A stretch of DNA of 64,000 nucleotides, from NCBI GenBank assembly GCA_951406725.2, contig OX597821.1, positions 12,276,001 to 12,340,000 of the forward strand. Reading direction: 5' to 3'. Each line of letters begins with the position of its first letter. Positions within the stretch are counted from its first letter, which is position 1. A program made the translations under genes and the position numbers. Shown piece by piece: positions 39,427 through 52,414 of the stretch. Origin of the DNA: Octopus vulgaris. Taxonomy: Eukaryota. The notes under the pieces were generated by a model. It saw nothing but the letters and a program-made list of their open reading frames with translations. It was not told where the DNA came from and made no database searches.

Positions 39427-40787
39427 ATACAAAATGGGACAAGAACGCAAAACACTCAAATAGACGACACAAAAAAAAAAACGGACGGGTCATTCGAAGC
39501 CTCTAATCTTCAGTCAAGAACCGGATCATCCTCGCAATTTCGGCTGATTAATCTTGAGATCGCTCCGATCCGGCCAGCCCCAAGGAAAAACTAAGCTACG
39601 AGCATCAGATTTCTTGGAAAAAGGATCGAATATATACGAAACAAGGACAGAAAAACGGACGATGCCACACGAATATAAATTCAAAAAACAATAATAGTAA
39701 TAACAGGACAAAAACAGCGGGTGTCTTACGACTATAGACAGTTCAACTTAGCTTAGCTGGCGTATTTGGAAAAAAAATGCCTTTTCGGCAGACGAAGAAG
39801 TCGATGATGTCGTGGTTGTGGTCAGAAGCCGAAAGGCTAGTTGACGGGCGGTCACCTGAGAGGAGAAGAGAGAGAGAGAGAAAAAAGGGGCAAAGGAATC
39901 AATGAGAGAGAGAAAAAGAGGGACAAAGGCACCAACGGGGGGTGGAGAAGAGAGAGAAAGAAGGAATTAAAGAGGGAGAAGAAAGAGAGCGTGCCAAGGA
40001 TTGGCTTGACGACAGAATCAGTGAGGTGCAAAGTGACAATGACAGAGAAATTTGAGAGAGTGGGGGAGGAGGAGACCAAATAATCACGCTTTCTCTACAC
40101 TTCACTAGTCTCTGTCTTTCTCTTTCCTCGCCTCTGATTCTTTGGTCTCCTCCTCCCCCACTCTCTCAAATTTCTCTGTCATTGTCACTTTGCACCTCAC
40201 TGATTCTGTCGTCAAGCCAATCCTTGGCACGCTCTCTTTCTTCTCCCCTCTTTAATTCCTTCTTTCTCTCTCTTCTCCACCCCCCGTTGGTGCCTTTGTC
40301 CCTCTTTTTCTCTCTCTCTTTGATTCCTTTGCCCCTTTTTTCTCTATCTCTTCTCCTCTCAGGTGACCGCCGGTCAACTAGCCTTTCGGCTTCTGACCAC
40401 CACCACGACAACATCGATTTCTTCGTCTGCCGAAAAGGCATTTTTTTTCCAAATACGCCAGCTAAGCTAAGTTGAACTGTCTATAGTCGTAAGACACCCG
40501 CTGTTTTTGTCCTGTTATTACTATTATTGTTTTTTGAATTTATATTCGTGTGGCATCGTCCGTTTTTCTGTCCTTGTCTCGTATACATTCGATCCTTTTT
40601 CCAAGAAATCTAATGCTCGTAGCTTAGTTTTTCCTTGGGGCTGGCCGGATCGGAGCAATCTCAAGATTAATCAGCCGAAATTGCGAGGATGATCCGGTTC
40701 TTGACTGAAGATTAGAGGCTTCGAATGACTCGTCCGTTTTTTTGTGTCGTCTATTTGAGTGTTTTGCGTTCTTGTCCCATTCTGTAT
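39427..40787. repeat. Large near-perfect inverted repeat (arms 39427-40086 and 40135-40787, 48-bp spacer)
   Basis: Mirror ORFs in the track (39526-39711 minus vs 40507-40692 plus) and direct comparison. TA-rich tracts at both outer ends. Confidence 0.95.
40634..40711 (+). ncRNA. Candidate permuted (pseudoknotted) hammerhead-like RNA motif; mirror copy at ~39507-39586 and diverged copy at ~41001-41078
   Basis: Contains AUC site, GAAA and CTGAAGA, with four complementary pairings that covary between copies (see findings). Confidence 0.45.
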
Positions 40788-40824
40788 TTTATATATATAT
40801 ATATATATTTATACATATATATAC

Positions 40825-40864
<40 letters not shown>

Positions 40865-40879
40865 ATGTAATTATATATA

Positions 40880-41140
40880 TAATACAAAATGGGACAAGAA
40901 CGCAAAACATCCGGACGGTTAGGTGATACAAACATGGGACAACAAAACATCCAGATAGACGATACAAAGTAAACACGGAGGGATCATTCGCAGTTTCCTT
41001 TCCTCAGTCAAGTACCAGATTATCTTCGCAATTTCGGCAGAATATACTTGAGATTGTTCCAATTTGATCAGCCCCAAGGAAAACCTAAGCTAAGAGCATT
41101 ATATTTCTTGGAAGAAAGCAGCGAATGTATACAAAAATAA
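40880..41140 (-). mobile_element. Diverged copy of the 39427-40787 element end, followed by a copy of the 3077-family (to ~41300)
   Basis: aaaatgggacaagaacgcaaaaca..tcattcg..cagtcaag..cgcaatttcggc..cttgagat..cagccccaaggaaaa..ctaagcta.gagcat. Confidence 0.75.
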
Positions 41141-41392
41141 GGACAGGACGTCACCAACAGCGAACAACATGAAATACGAAAACAAATTAGAAAAATACGC
41201 AAACAACGAGAGAAAAAATGTGAAGCAGACCAAATAACACAAAGAACAACCCTTCATCATCTGTCAGCTGTCTATCAACACCTCATTTCGAGTACTATTG
41301 TTATGTTGTTGGAATAGTCGTTAATCTTTTACCAAATATTTTTTTTTAATTCTTCCCGTCAGATTTTCTATTGGAATTATTTAATGTAATTT

Positions 41393-41440
41393 ATTTGGAG
41401 ATCTTTCGTCACACATCCTGTTACTTCTTCAAGCATCCCA
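41393..41440 (-). ncRNA. Decayed minimal hammerhead-like motif
   Basis: Minus strand: TTGAAGA-A-GTAACA-GGATG-TGTGAC-GAAA-GATC-TC. Palindromic loop III, but C3 and stem I are damaged. Confidence 0.35.
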
Positions 41441-41921
41441 CGTTTCTCTTCTTGTTCTGTTGAGTCCATTCTCTCTTTTTACGGTGTATACCCTTATCGG
41501 CACATGCTTTTTCATCTGTATGTTTGTGCATGAGCGTGTGTGTATGAGAGAGTGAGTGTGTGTGTATGAGAGAGCGAGTGTGTGTCCCCGTGTGTGTGCA
41601 TGTGTGCGCGCGTGTTTATGTGTTTTGTATGTGTGTTTCGTGTGTCTATAAGAGTCTATAAGAGTTTGCTTACTGTACTGTTAGCAATATAATTTAGTTC
41701 ATTAATTTATTTCATATTCTATTTCATTAATTTCATCATTTATCTCTCTGATTTTTTCAAGAACAGAGACATAAAATATGTACAATAATAACTCTGAAGT
41801 GAAAAACGAATATATTGATATATAACAATGTTTTTTTCAACACACGATTTCACATCAAGAATCTGCCAAAACAAATACATAAACGTATATGATTCTGTAT
41901 TAGTGTATATTTGTTTGATTT

Positions 41922-41991
<70 letters not shown>

Positions 41992-43159
41992 TATTTTTGT
42001 GCGTGCATATATACGTATATACAAATATACATGCATATGTTTAGAAATATATAACATATACAACTAAACACACCACAAGCACACCCACATTCACGCACAC
42101 ACGCACACACACATACACACCGCAAGCACACCACAAGCACGCCTACATTCAAGCACACACATATACGCACACACACACACAAATGTATATATGAAGAGAG
42201 ATAACAAAAAGAAAGAAGAAAGCGAGAAGAGGAACAGGCAGGTAGACACACAAAGCGAAAGACCGAAAATTGATAATCTCCTTAAATTTGGGGTTCAAAT
42301 GTAACAAGTCTAATGCTAGTGATTTCCTTCATTTTAATAATTCCATCGATTCTTTTATCCGCTTTTCATATTATTTCATATTATTAGGTCTTTATTTTCA
42401 TCTCATTTACCGTATTTTATTGCCATGAGTTCTTTTATCGGTTCTTTTATTACTATCTCGTCGTATTTCATTTAGATCTTTTATCAATTATTTTATTGCC
42501 ATTCTTTATTTGCTATCTTTATTATGCAAATATATGTAGAGGTCTTTGGAGCATTAATGTCATTGCTTTCTTTCCCCTAACCCTTTTTCACAAAATAACC
42601 CAGTGTGTTTTACTTGAATAATACCGAATAATATGCAAACAAGGGCCTTGCCGCTCAATAAATAGCTGCTATAAATTTACCCAGTTTTTCACAGACGCAG
42701 TACATTAGCAGTAATGAGACGTTTTCCATTCATGAGCGACATCCCCACATTCAACAACTTGCTTTACTTAGACAAACTGTTAGTAGATTTACTTCATTCT
42801 CGCCATCCCTGTGCAACATTTGCGCTTTCCAGTCTCTTTTTTGAAGAAATAGTGTACTATCGCGTTCCGGCTTACTATACATAAAACAATAAGTATTAGA
42901 TAGTAAGTTAGAAAAATGCCTCTGCTGAAGGCAAATGCAATCGAAGCACCAATGGGAGAGCTATTTCGTAGCGCCACAATCGATAACAGCAAACTTTTGT
43001 TTTCTGTTTTCAGTTAGTAGGTAGGGATTCGCCCAATCGAATTATCTCAATTATCATGTGGATTACGTACATTTCAAGCATCAACAAAACAGATGGATTG
43101 GATTATGGAACTGCACCAATGAAGCCTTGCTAAATTAATTGCCGTCCTACATCTTATTT

Positions 43160-43535
43160 TTTTCTTATTGCCCACAGACAAACGGATTAAGTCGATTACA
43201 TCGGCCCCAGTGCGTAACTGGTACTTAAATTATCGACCCCGAAAGGATGAAAGGTGAAGTCGACCTCGGCGGAATTTGAACTCAGAACATAACGGAAGAC
43301 GAAATAGGTATTTCTTTACTACGCACAAGGGGCTAAACACAGAGACGACAAACAAAGACAGACAAACGGATTAAGTCGATTATATCGACTCCATTGAGTA
43401 ACTGGCAGTTATTTAATCGACCCCGAAAGGATGAATGGCAAAGTCGACCTCGGTGGAATTTGAACTCAGAACGTAGCGGCAAACAAAATACTGCTAAGTA
43501 TTTCGCCCGGCGTGCTAACGATTCTGCCAGCTCGC
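43160..43535 (-). mobile_element. Dimeric tRNA-derived SINE (family B)
   Basis: Two tandem units of aagtcgatta..cgaccccgaaaggatgaa..gtcgacctcgg.ggaatttgaactcagaac; only one has the tRNA-like head. Confidence 0.85.
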
Positions 43536-43745
43536 TGGGTTATCTTGCCTCTCTCGGGCCCCCACAAAATATACATATTGCAAACCCAAAATTGATACCA
43601 CCCCCATAAATGTGCCGCGCTAGACGGTCCGACAATTCGTTCCCATCTAGCTGGTTGTTTTTTCTCTTGATAAAACTGAAGGAACCAATCATACTAATGC
43701 ATGCTGAAGATCACACGAATGCTTGTTAATATAAACCATGCAGAA

Positions 43746-43955
43746 GGTGGTGCAATAGCAGAACCGTTAGCACACTCGACAAGATGCTTAGCGGCATTTC
43801 GTCCGTCTTTAAGTTCTGAATTCAAATTCTGCCGAGATTTTCTTTGCCTTTCATCACATCGAGATCGATAAAATAAGTACCAGCTGTGCACTGGGGTCGA
43901 TGTAATAAACTTATCGTCTCCCTGAACTTGCTGGTCTTGTGCCAAAATTTGAAGC
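43746..43955 (+). mobile_element. tRNA-derived SINE (family B)
   Basis: gcagaaccgttagcac..ttctgaattcaaattctgccgag..gcctttcatc..gtaccag..ctggggtcgatgtaat. Confidence 0.75.
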
Positions 43956-44769
43956 CAATATAAGGCATGTATTTCGATTGCCATAGCAATTTCATTGCCT
44001 CATTCAAAAAGAATAGTAAAAAGTAAAATTCGATTACATGTAACATAAACTTCTTCGAGTATTTTTGCCACATTATATCCGGTGTCGATATAGCATACTC
44101 TGGGAGGAATAGCTGATTTTGGATACAGAGAAAAATGAATATTATTTTCGAAACTGCCTAGAATTCGGATTACGTATTCCTGAACTGCCTAGAGTTCGGA
44201 TTAAGTATTACGTATACCTGAACTGTTAAACACTTCAAGTATACGTAATGTTTTTGTTTATGAATAGTACTACAAGTTCATGTGCGGTGCGGGGACTTCT
44301 TTGAATATATTGCTGTACTCATACCCATATACAGGCTTATACAGCAGACCCAAACATGCAGCCTCTATTAAAGTCATGATATAGGTTGCCCCCTAACTAC
44401 ACCAGGACCAACAGGCCCCCTTGCTACTCCAATGAGATTTCGGTAAATCAATTGTGACAAAGAAGCTAGGGCATCCACATGTCAGTATATTGCAGGGCTT
44501 CTATTACAATTCATCATAAATAGAAAGTGTATCAGCGTTGATCTCTGCTTATACAGCAGGGTGAACGAGAACAGCATACAAATTGATATCGAATGTTCCC
44601 CTACACTGCATTATCATAAACTTAGAAAGAATTAGCTGCAAGCAAGAGCGACACTAAAACCCAAGCATGTGAGATTCGACTAAATTACTTGGTAGAAACA
44701 GGTATACATTCAAACATAAATGCAGTGTTGCGGATCAGGTAAGAATAGTTAATTATTTTATCCTTTATA

Positions 44770-44987
44770 ATTTGCTTCTTCCGGTCATTTTACTGTGGCC
44801 ACACTGGGATACCGCCTTGAAGTGTTTCAGTCGATAAATCAACACCAGGACTAATTTGTGTTGTTATTTTCAGCTGGTACTTATTCCATCGCTCTCTTGT
44901 TGTCAACTAGCTAAGTTATAGGGACGTAAACACCGCAACACCGGTTGTCAAACGGTAGTGGTGGACAATTACAGACATAAAGACACG

Positions 44988-45055
<68 letters not shown>

Positions 45056-46498
45056 CGAGGGGCATTCAATAAGTAATACCCCCCACCCACTTCCCATAGC
45101 AGTAGAGCAACGAAACTTGGCACAGGTATTAGTCTTTTTCTACATAGGAACAACCCAGAGGTACGCATTTCTCTCATCGTTTGATGCAGTTCTGGAGACC
45201 GTTTTCGTAGAAGACCCCAGCTTGGTCCTCCAACCACGACGTGACTTCAGAAATCAAAGCTGCATCATCTGGGAAACGCTTTCCTTTCAAAAACAACTTC
45301 ATGGCTGGGAAGAGGTGAAAATCAGAGGGTGCAAGGTCAGGAGAGTAGGGGGATGGGGGAAGAGTTCATAGCCGCACGCCTGTGCTTCTGATCTGGCGAC
45401 ACGCGAGTTGTGGGCCGGAGCGTTGTCCTGCAGGAGGAGTATGCTTTGCTGATCTTGCCCCGCCTCTTGGTTTCGATAGCTTCTCTTAATTTCCTCAAAA
45501 GTGGAACATGCTAGGCTCCTGTAATTGTGGTACCCTTTGCCAGGATATCTGTCATCACTACTCCGTCCTGGTCCCAGAAGACTGTGAGCATGACCTTGCC
45601 AGCGGAGGGCTGCACCCTTGCCTTCTTTGGAGGAGGTGAGTCATGGTGCTTCCACTACATTGATTGGGCTTTGGTCTCTGGATCATAGTGATGGACCCAG
45701 GTCTCATCCTGTGTAATCAGTCTTTTGAAAAATTTTGACTCATCTTCTTGGCACATTCCGAAATTCTTGCTTCTGGAATTCTTGCGTTCTTGCTTCTGGA
45801 AAAGTGTGAGCAACCTGGCAATCCATCTGGCAGACACCTTTTGCTTATGCAAATGGTCATGAATGATAGTTTCCACAGACCCGGTACTACTCTTGACCTC
45901 ATGGGCTATTTGGCGAAAAGTTATGCGTCGATCTTCCAAAATGGCAGCCTCAACTTGACGGACAGATGCCTCATCAATGGCAGAAGGAGTGCGACCAGTT
46001 CTGGGAGCTGTTTCCACAGAGTTCCGACCATGTTTGAATTCACGATGCCAGCGTTTTACAAGGTCATATGATGGGGCATCATCACCATAAGTTACTTTCA
46101 TTTCATTAAAAGTCTCCTGTGGTGTGCGTCATTTCAAATACAAAAACCGGATCGCTGCTCGACACTCAACATGCTCCATTTCCCACTTGACTCATTTCAA
46201 ACACCTGTAAATCAGAAACCACGATTAGTTCGGAGCTATAATTTGCCACTTAATCTATAGAGATATCAATAATTGCACATACAATTTCAGCTAGATCAAA
46301 CAAAGGCAAGTGGGTCAGAGGCATTACTTATTGAACGCCCCTCGTATATATATATATAGACGTACGATTGGCCTCTTTCAGATTCCGTCTACTAAATCCA
46401 CTCACAAGACACTTTCCCTGGGTGCCATGCAATGGAAGTGAACCCACAACAGTGCTGCTGGAAAGCAAGTCTCTTACCACACAGCTTCACTGTTGCCT
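44770..46498 (-). mobile_element. Older family-A SINE split by a mariner insertion
   Basis: The SINE 3' half at 44770-45055 and 5' half at 46345-46498 flank the mariner. Confidence 0.7.
45056..46344 (-). mobile_element. Full-length mariner (DD34D) with disrupted transposase
   Basis: TIRs CGAGGGGC(A/G)TTCAATAAGTAAT(A/G)CC, TA TSD, 1289 bp. Motifs SARWIARLL, ITQDETWVHHYDPETK, QDNAPAH, YSPDLAPSD. Confidence 0.93.
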
Positions 46499-46994
46499 GT
46501 AGAAATTTGTTACAACTCTGAGAGACAAAAATGTTCTTAATAATTATTGCTTCGTCATTTATCTGAAAATGGGTTGTAGAATGGTACAGATAATTGCACT
46601 TCTCACTGGATGCGGCAAATTTGTGGATATCGATGCAAAAATGAGAGATGTGCCTTGTAAATTTAGAAAACTTTAGCCTGGATTATTCCTGAGCTTTGTC
46701 ATAAGAAAGGATAAACTTTAAATAAATAAATAAAAACATTAGCAGCTGCTGGAATGTGTATAAAGTAGTTCAGCATTTTTCACGGTCAATTTACTATTGG
46801 AAGCTTATAATTTTATGTTAAAACGTGTTGCGATCCATCTAGTTTGAGTTCTGAGTCAAAATTCCCTATAGATCAACTTCGTCTTTCATCATTTTTGATA
46901 TCTGGTGGAGGAGCATTTTAAAAATAAAGCACGAATCGAATGCTCCGCAGTTGATATAATATTCCAAAAAAGTGAATGGAATTATGACAGCAGC

Positions 46995-47285
46995 ATCAGC
47001 AATGGAAGGAGGAAGAAGGAAGAGAAAGAAGAAGAAGAAGAAGAAGAAAAAAAAAAAAGAAGGAGAAAAAGAAGAAGAAGAAAAAGAAGAAGAAGAAGAA
47101 GAAGAAGAGGAGAAGAAAAAGAAGAGGAAAAAGAAGAAGAAGAGAAATAAGAAGAAGGAGAGGAAGATGAAGTGGAAGAAGAAAAGAAGAAGAAGAAGAA
47201 GAAGAAGAAAAGAAGAAGAAGAAGAGGAAGAAAAAGAAGAAGAAAAAGAAGAAGAGGAAGAGGAAGTGGAAGAGGAAGAAGAATC
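46995..47285. repeat. Imperfect (GAA)n purine tract
   Basis: Direct reading. Confidence 0.9.
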
Positions 47286-47945
47286 AAAATAATGAGGGGA
47301 AAATATCTACAAAAGAATATTTTATATGTACTATGTCCTATATATATGTATATGATATATATGTATATATATGTGTGTATGAATATTTATGTATATGTAT
47401 ATATATGAATATATATGATATATATGTATATATATGTGTGTGTATGAATATGTATGTATATGTATATACACACACGTACACAACACACACCGTTTCCCTT
47501 ACTCATGCCTTCAGAACAGAAAGCATTTTCGTTGGTGGGCTCCCGAATCAATGTTAACACATTCAACTCTAAAGGTGATATGTTATCAGCAATCATGCAG
47601 ATGAATAAATGCATTCGGTCCTCAAACACTCAAACACTTGCAATGGGGCTTAGAAGATTGCCGCTATTTAAGGATCGCAAATCCTTTCAGGATTTCTGAA
47701 TGCTGCACACATAATTCCAGTTGTAATATAATACGAGTTGGGAAGAAAAATGGCGTCGTGCTAAGACGGAGTTTGAGTAGAGTTTGCTATTACTTGGATT
47801 TAATGTTTGAAAGAAGAGAAGGACACTACCAGTAAAAAATTCAAATTTCAAATTACGTCCGTCACTCTAACTCACTCACTCACTCACTAGCTCACTTATT
47901 CACTCATCTGCTCGCTCGCTCACACACACCGCACACCAATATGTA

Positions 47946-48030
<85 letters not shown>

Positions 48031-48450
48031 CTTTATAAAAATTGGGCAAAGTAAAATAATTTACTTTACCACACACCGAGCTTTTTAGAAATAGCAGCCA
48101 AAAAATTTGGCTATTTCTTCTACTGCAAGAAAAGTCTCCCAGACAATGCATACTCAGAAATAACTCACATAGGTATAAGGGAAAAACAACAAAAGATCAC
48201 ATCCATATGAGATCACCCGAGGACAAGGCTGTTTCTGGATTAGTTGACTAAACGCCAACATTTCCTTCATCAGCTCAGAGATTTCTTCTGATTTGGATCT
48301 GAAAATACTAAAAATCAAACATACCCGTCCGATATGGGTAACACCGGACAAACCATGCCAGACCACCAGTACCAGCGAATCCAAAAATGCAAATGAGATC
48401 TAGTTTTCTCCCTGTTCGGTCGAATTAATTAATTTTACCCTTTTTTATTG

Positions 48451-48493
<43 letters not shown>

Positions 48494-48974
48494 GTATGTA
48501 CGTAACTTTGCATGAATAACTTTTAACCTATACATATTAATTTTGAAATTTTAGTCACATATGCACTATGGGAACAAGAAAAAGTGTAAATGGATCTCTG
48601 TCGATTTCGACGATGAGTACTCATTTATATGATGAACTGCATTGCCTTCTCTATATATTGGAATGATTATTCCAAAGACAAGAGTACGTTTAACGTAATC
48701 CCTCCGCAGGGTCGCCGCAACGCGCGTAAGTTTGCAACACGCATGCATTGATGAACTATACGTGCAAACTTTCTTATTGGTATCCAGAACATTTCTGTTT
48801 ATCCAATTTAACTCACAGTATGTGTTGCTCCGACGCTTTTATAGAAATCTCTTGCTCACAATCCTACACATAACAAACGAACCCACATCATCTATCTACA
48901 TAAGGGATCTGAGTTCAGAAATTTAAGTATATACGCGTGTATTGGCATCAGTAAATTCCTGTGAATATATGACT

Positions 48975-49397
48975 GTTTCTTATTTCTTTATTACCCATAA
49001 GAGGCTAAACATAAATAGGTCAAACAAGGATAGACAAAGGGATGAAGTCGATTACACCGACCCCAGTGCGTAACTGGTACTTAATTTATCAACCCCCAAA
49101 AGATGAGAGGCAAAGTCAACGTCGGCGGAATTTCAACTCAGAACGTAACGGCAGACGAAATACCTATTTCTTTACTGCCCACACAGGGGATAAACATAGA
49201 GGGGACAAAGAAAGATAGACAAGCGGATTAAGTTGATTATATCGACCCCAGTGAGTAACTGGTACTTATTTAATCGAGCCCGAAAGGATGAAAAGCAATG
49301 TCAACCTCGGCGGAATTTGAACTCAGAACGTAGCGGCAGACGAAACACCGCTAAGCATTTCGCCCGATGTGCTAACGTGTCTGACGGCTCGCCGCCA
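48975..49397 (-). mobile_element. Dimeric tRNA-derived SINE (family B)
   Basis: Same two-unit structure and junction as 43160-43535. Confidence 0.85.
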
Positions 49398-49914
49398 TAT
49401 GAACATGTGACAGTTTCTGTGAAATTATAAGTTAATTAACCGATTTGCAGTCTATGTTAGAAGCTTCTTCCCTGCTAATTGGATCGATTGTATGAAATAG
49501 AAATAACTTTCCTCATAAAGGCCCAGAGATTTACGATAACACATATGGATACAATCACAGGTCAGATATGTACATTCCTAGAAAAAATGTATACCTTCTA
49601 TAATCTTTTTACATGTTTTAATCATTAGACTGCGACCATGCTGGAATTGATCGAAGAATGCCTTTTGTGTAATTAGCTTGCAATTTCCCCCAGACAGTAA
49701 TACATGCACAGGATTGTGCTGATATGTGTCTTAAATAAATTTACTTTTATAAATCGTCCCCTAAACATCTCTTTCCTCTTAAATCTGACCCTGGCCCTTA
49801 TTCTATCGGTTTTATATTCCAAACAGCTACGTCATGGGAACATAAATAAAAAAAAATACCAGTTGTCAAGCGAGATGGGGGACGAACACAGATACAAAGT
49901 CACACACCTTAATA

Positions 49915-51194
49915 CGAGAGTGGGTTGAAATATTCATAGGCTGAATAAGAAGTGGATATCATAAAGTAACTAAACATAGCATGCATTAAATTCAAACTTT
50001 ATTGATGCTAACTGCATTTTCTCTTTCCAGATACACCCATGCTGGATACAGAATTGAAGACTTGGAAAAGTGGTACAAGAGACGATTCGCGAAAATGGAT
50101 AAAATTTGGCAGCGACCCGCAATCGAATACCTGCGGAAAGAAAGGGATTATCCCCTAAGGACATTCATTCTGACATGGTTGCTACATGAGGGAATGAAGC
50201 CCTATCTTTATAAACTCTGCAAAAGCGGGCAGCTGAAATCAAGAGTAGTAGGGAGAGTCTTGAAAATGATCCAAGGTCTGACGTCCTACCACAGCCACCA
50301 CCCAAGAAAATATCAACCGTGTTCACCACATGGTGATAGATGACTACGTTTAAATGGTAATCAGATAGCTCATGCTGTAGGCATCTCCCGTGGACGCGTT
50401 GAGAACATTCTACATAACCAACTTGACATGTGGAAGTCTTCCGCTCAGTGGGTGCCACGACTTTTGACGCTTAATCAAATGCACAAATGGCTAGTCTTAC
50501 CGCAGGAGAACTTACCTTTTGAAGCAATTCAGCCGGTTTTCTTGAACGTTCCCTTACACAAGATGAATGTTGGTTTGTCAACTTTGAGCCAGAGACCAAA
50601 CGGCAGTCCATGTAGTGGAAATACCCATCTTCTCCCTCATCAAAGAAGGCAAAGGTAATGTCATCGGCAAGGAAGGTGATGGCTTCCATCTTCTGGGATG
50701 CAAAGTGTATTGTGTTCATTGACGACTTTCAAAAAGGCAATACAATTAATGGAGAACGTTGCTGAGGCGGCTGCGAAAGACAATCAAGTCAAAACGGCAT
50801 CCATGTCTGAGGAAGGAAGTCCCGCTTCACCAGGAAAAGGATCCTGTGCACACGTCTGTGGTTGCTATGGCTGTTACGCGCGACTGTGCATTTGAACTGA
50901 TTGATCACCCTACATATTCTCCTGATTTGGCACCCTCTGATTATTTTCTGTTACCCAGCATAAAAGAACATTTTGCTGGGAAGCAGTATCGGACCGATGA
51001 TGGGGACAAATGTGTTGTTGAGGACTTTTTGATGATCAGGATGAGAGCTTCTATGCAATGAGAATCCAAACGCAGCAACATCGATGGAAGAAGTGTATGG
51101 ATCGCAGGGGAGACTATGTTGAAAAATAAAACACAGTAGGTCAAGTTCGACCATTGCATCGTGGTCAGTCTATGAACTTTTCGGCCCACTCTCG
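49915..51194 (+). mobile_element. Full-length mariner (DD34D) with decayed transposase
   Basis: Imperfect ~30-bp TIRs CGAGAGTGGG..GAAA..TTCATAG.CTGA, TA TSD, 1280 bp. Motifs WVPRLL and HPTYSPDLAPSDYFL. Confidence 0.9.
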
Positions 51195-51196
51195 TA

Positions 51197-51432
51197 AAAG
51201 GGGTAAAGACCCCCTTCGGTCATGAATGACCATGGGATTGCACCTAGAAAGTTACCCTCCTAGACACAAGTCCGGGCAAGGTTGTTTATGGAAGACCAGC
51301 AGTCGCCCATTCATACCAGCCTCCCCTCTCCACGCCAACAGTGTTATCCAAGGGAAAGACAAATGTCGATACAGCTTGGCACCAGTGACGTCGCAACTCA
51401 TTTCTACAGCTGAGTGAACTGGAGCAACGTGA
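51197..51432 (-). mobile_element. 5'-truncated SINE with RTE/BovB-like tail
   Basis: Body tcacgttgctccagttcactcagctg shared with family C; tail cccatggtcattcatgaccgaaggggg. Confidence 0.6.
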
Positions 51433-52359
51433 TACATACGTTCATGCCCAGCAAATGTGAATGTACAATCGAAAATCCAGGAAAAAGAGGATGTTTATTG
51501 CGAATTTATGTGGAACTTACAGCTCTTGTACTTCGGCTAGGAATTCTCATTCGTAACTATTATCGTACGTGCATTAAGTTATGTACCAAAAGGTTTGCCC
51601 AAAAGCCTAAAAACATTTAGTTTCACGAAAGAAGAGCAGAAGAAACTAGCACTGATTGTCCAAATCCAATCTATTAGCACACTGTGGAGATTTGTAAGAT
51701 ATTCCAAATATTCTACATGTGAGATTCTTATGAAAATAGATGCAAACTCTTGGATGTATGTATTGACAGTTCAACCGACACACCAATTCAACCACATATT
51801 TTCAAACACCGGGAACTCTCTTAACTGAGAAATATGTGTTGCTCTATTCGCACACGGCTTGAACTTTCTCAACAAGAACTTAAATTAAAAGAAAAATCAT
51901 ACATTTATGTATGTCTGTGTGTGTATGTGTGCTACAAAAAGGCTTCCAAGCAGTTGGCCCGAACCAAATAGCAACTTCACTCATAATATATTGATCAGTA
52001 GAAGACACCCAACCAATGTGCCCTGCAGTAGAACTGAAACCGAAATCATGGGGTTATAAAGCATGATTCATAACCATACAGCCGTACCGGTGCTAATACG
52101 TAAACACGACTATATATAACTTCTTCCACTTGCGAGTGACGTAAAGATTTTATTCGTTTTGCGGAAGATTTTAAGCCAAAACAGAGGGCAAAGTAGTCTA
52201 CAACAGCACCTTACACATGTTTCGTTGCTTTCTACTGAAAACCACTTAATATTCATTTAATTTAAAACCGATTCCAAAGAAAGTAACATAGACACTAGCA
52301 CATGTGTGTGTGTGAATATATATATTTACATGTACTACTTGAATGTGTATATATATTTA

Positions 52360-52414
<55 letters not shown>

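Noticed and set aside
39841-40475. K/E/R-rich and S/L-rich mirror ORFs
   Set aside because: Products of GA-rich low-complexity sequence in the palindrome arms.
47500-47900. Possible promoter or exon (AAAATGGCG YY1-like motif; complex sequence), similarly 52850-53300
   Set aside because: A single short motif and plausible splice-like dinucleotides are not enough without transcript or conservation data.
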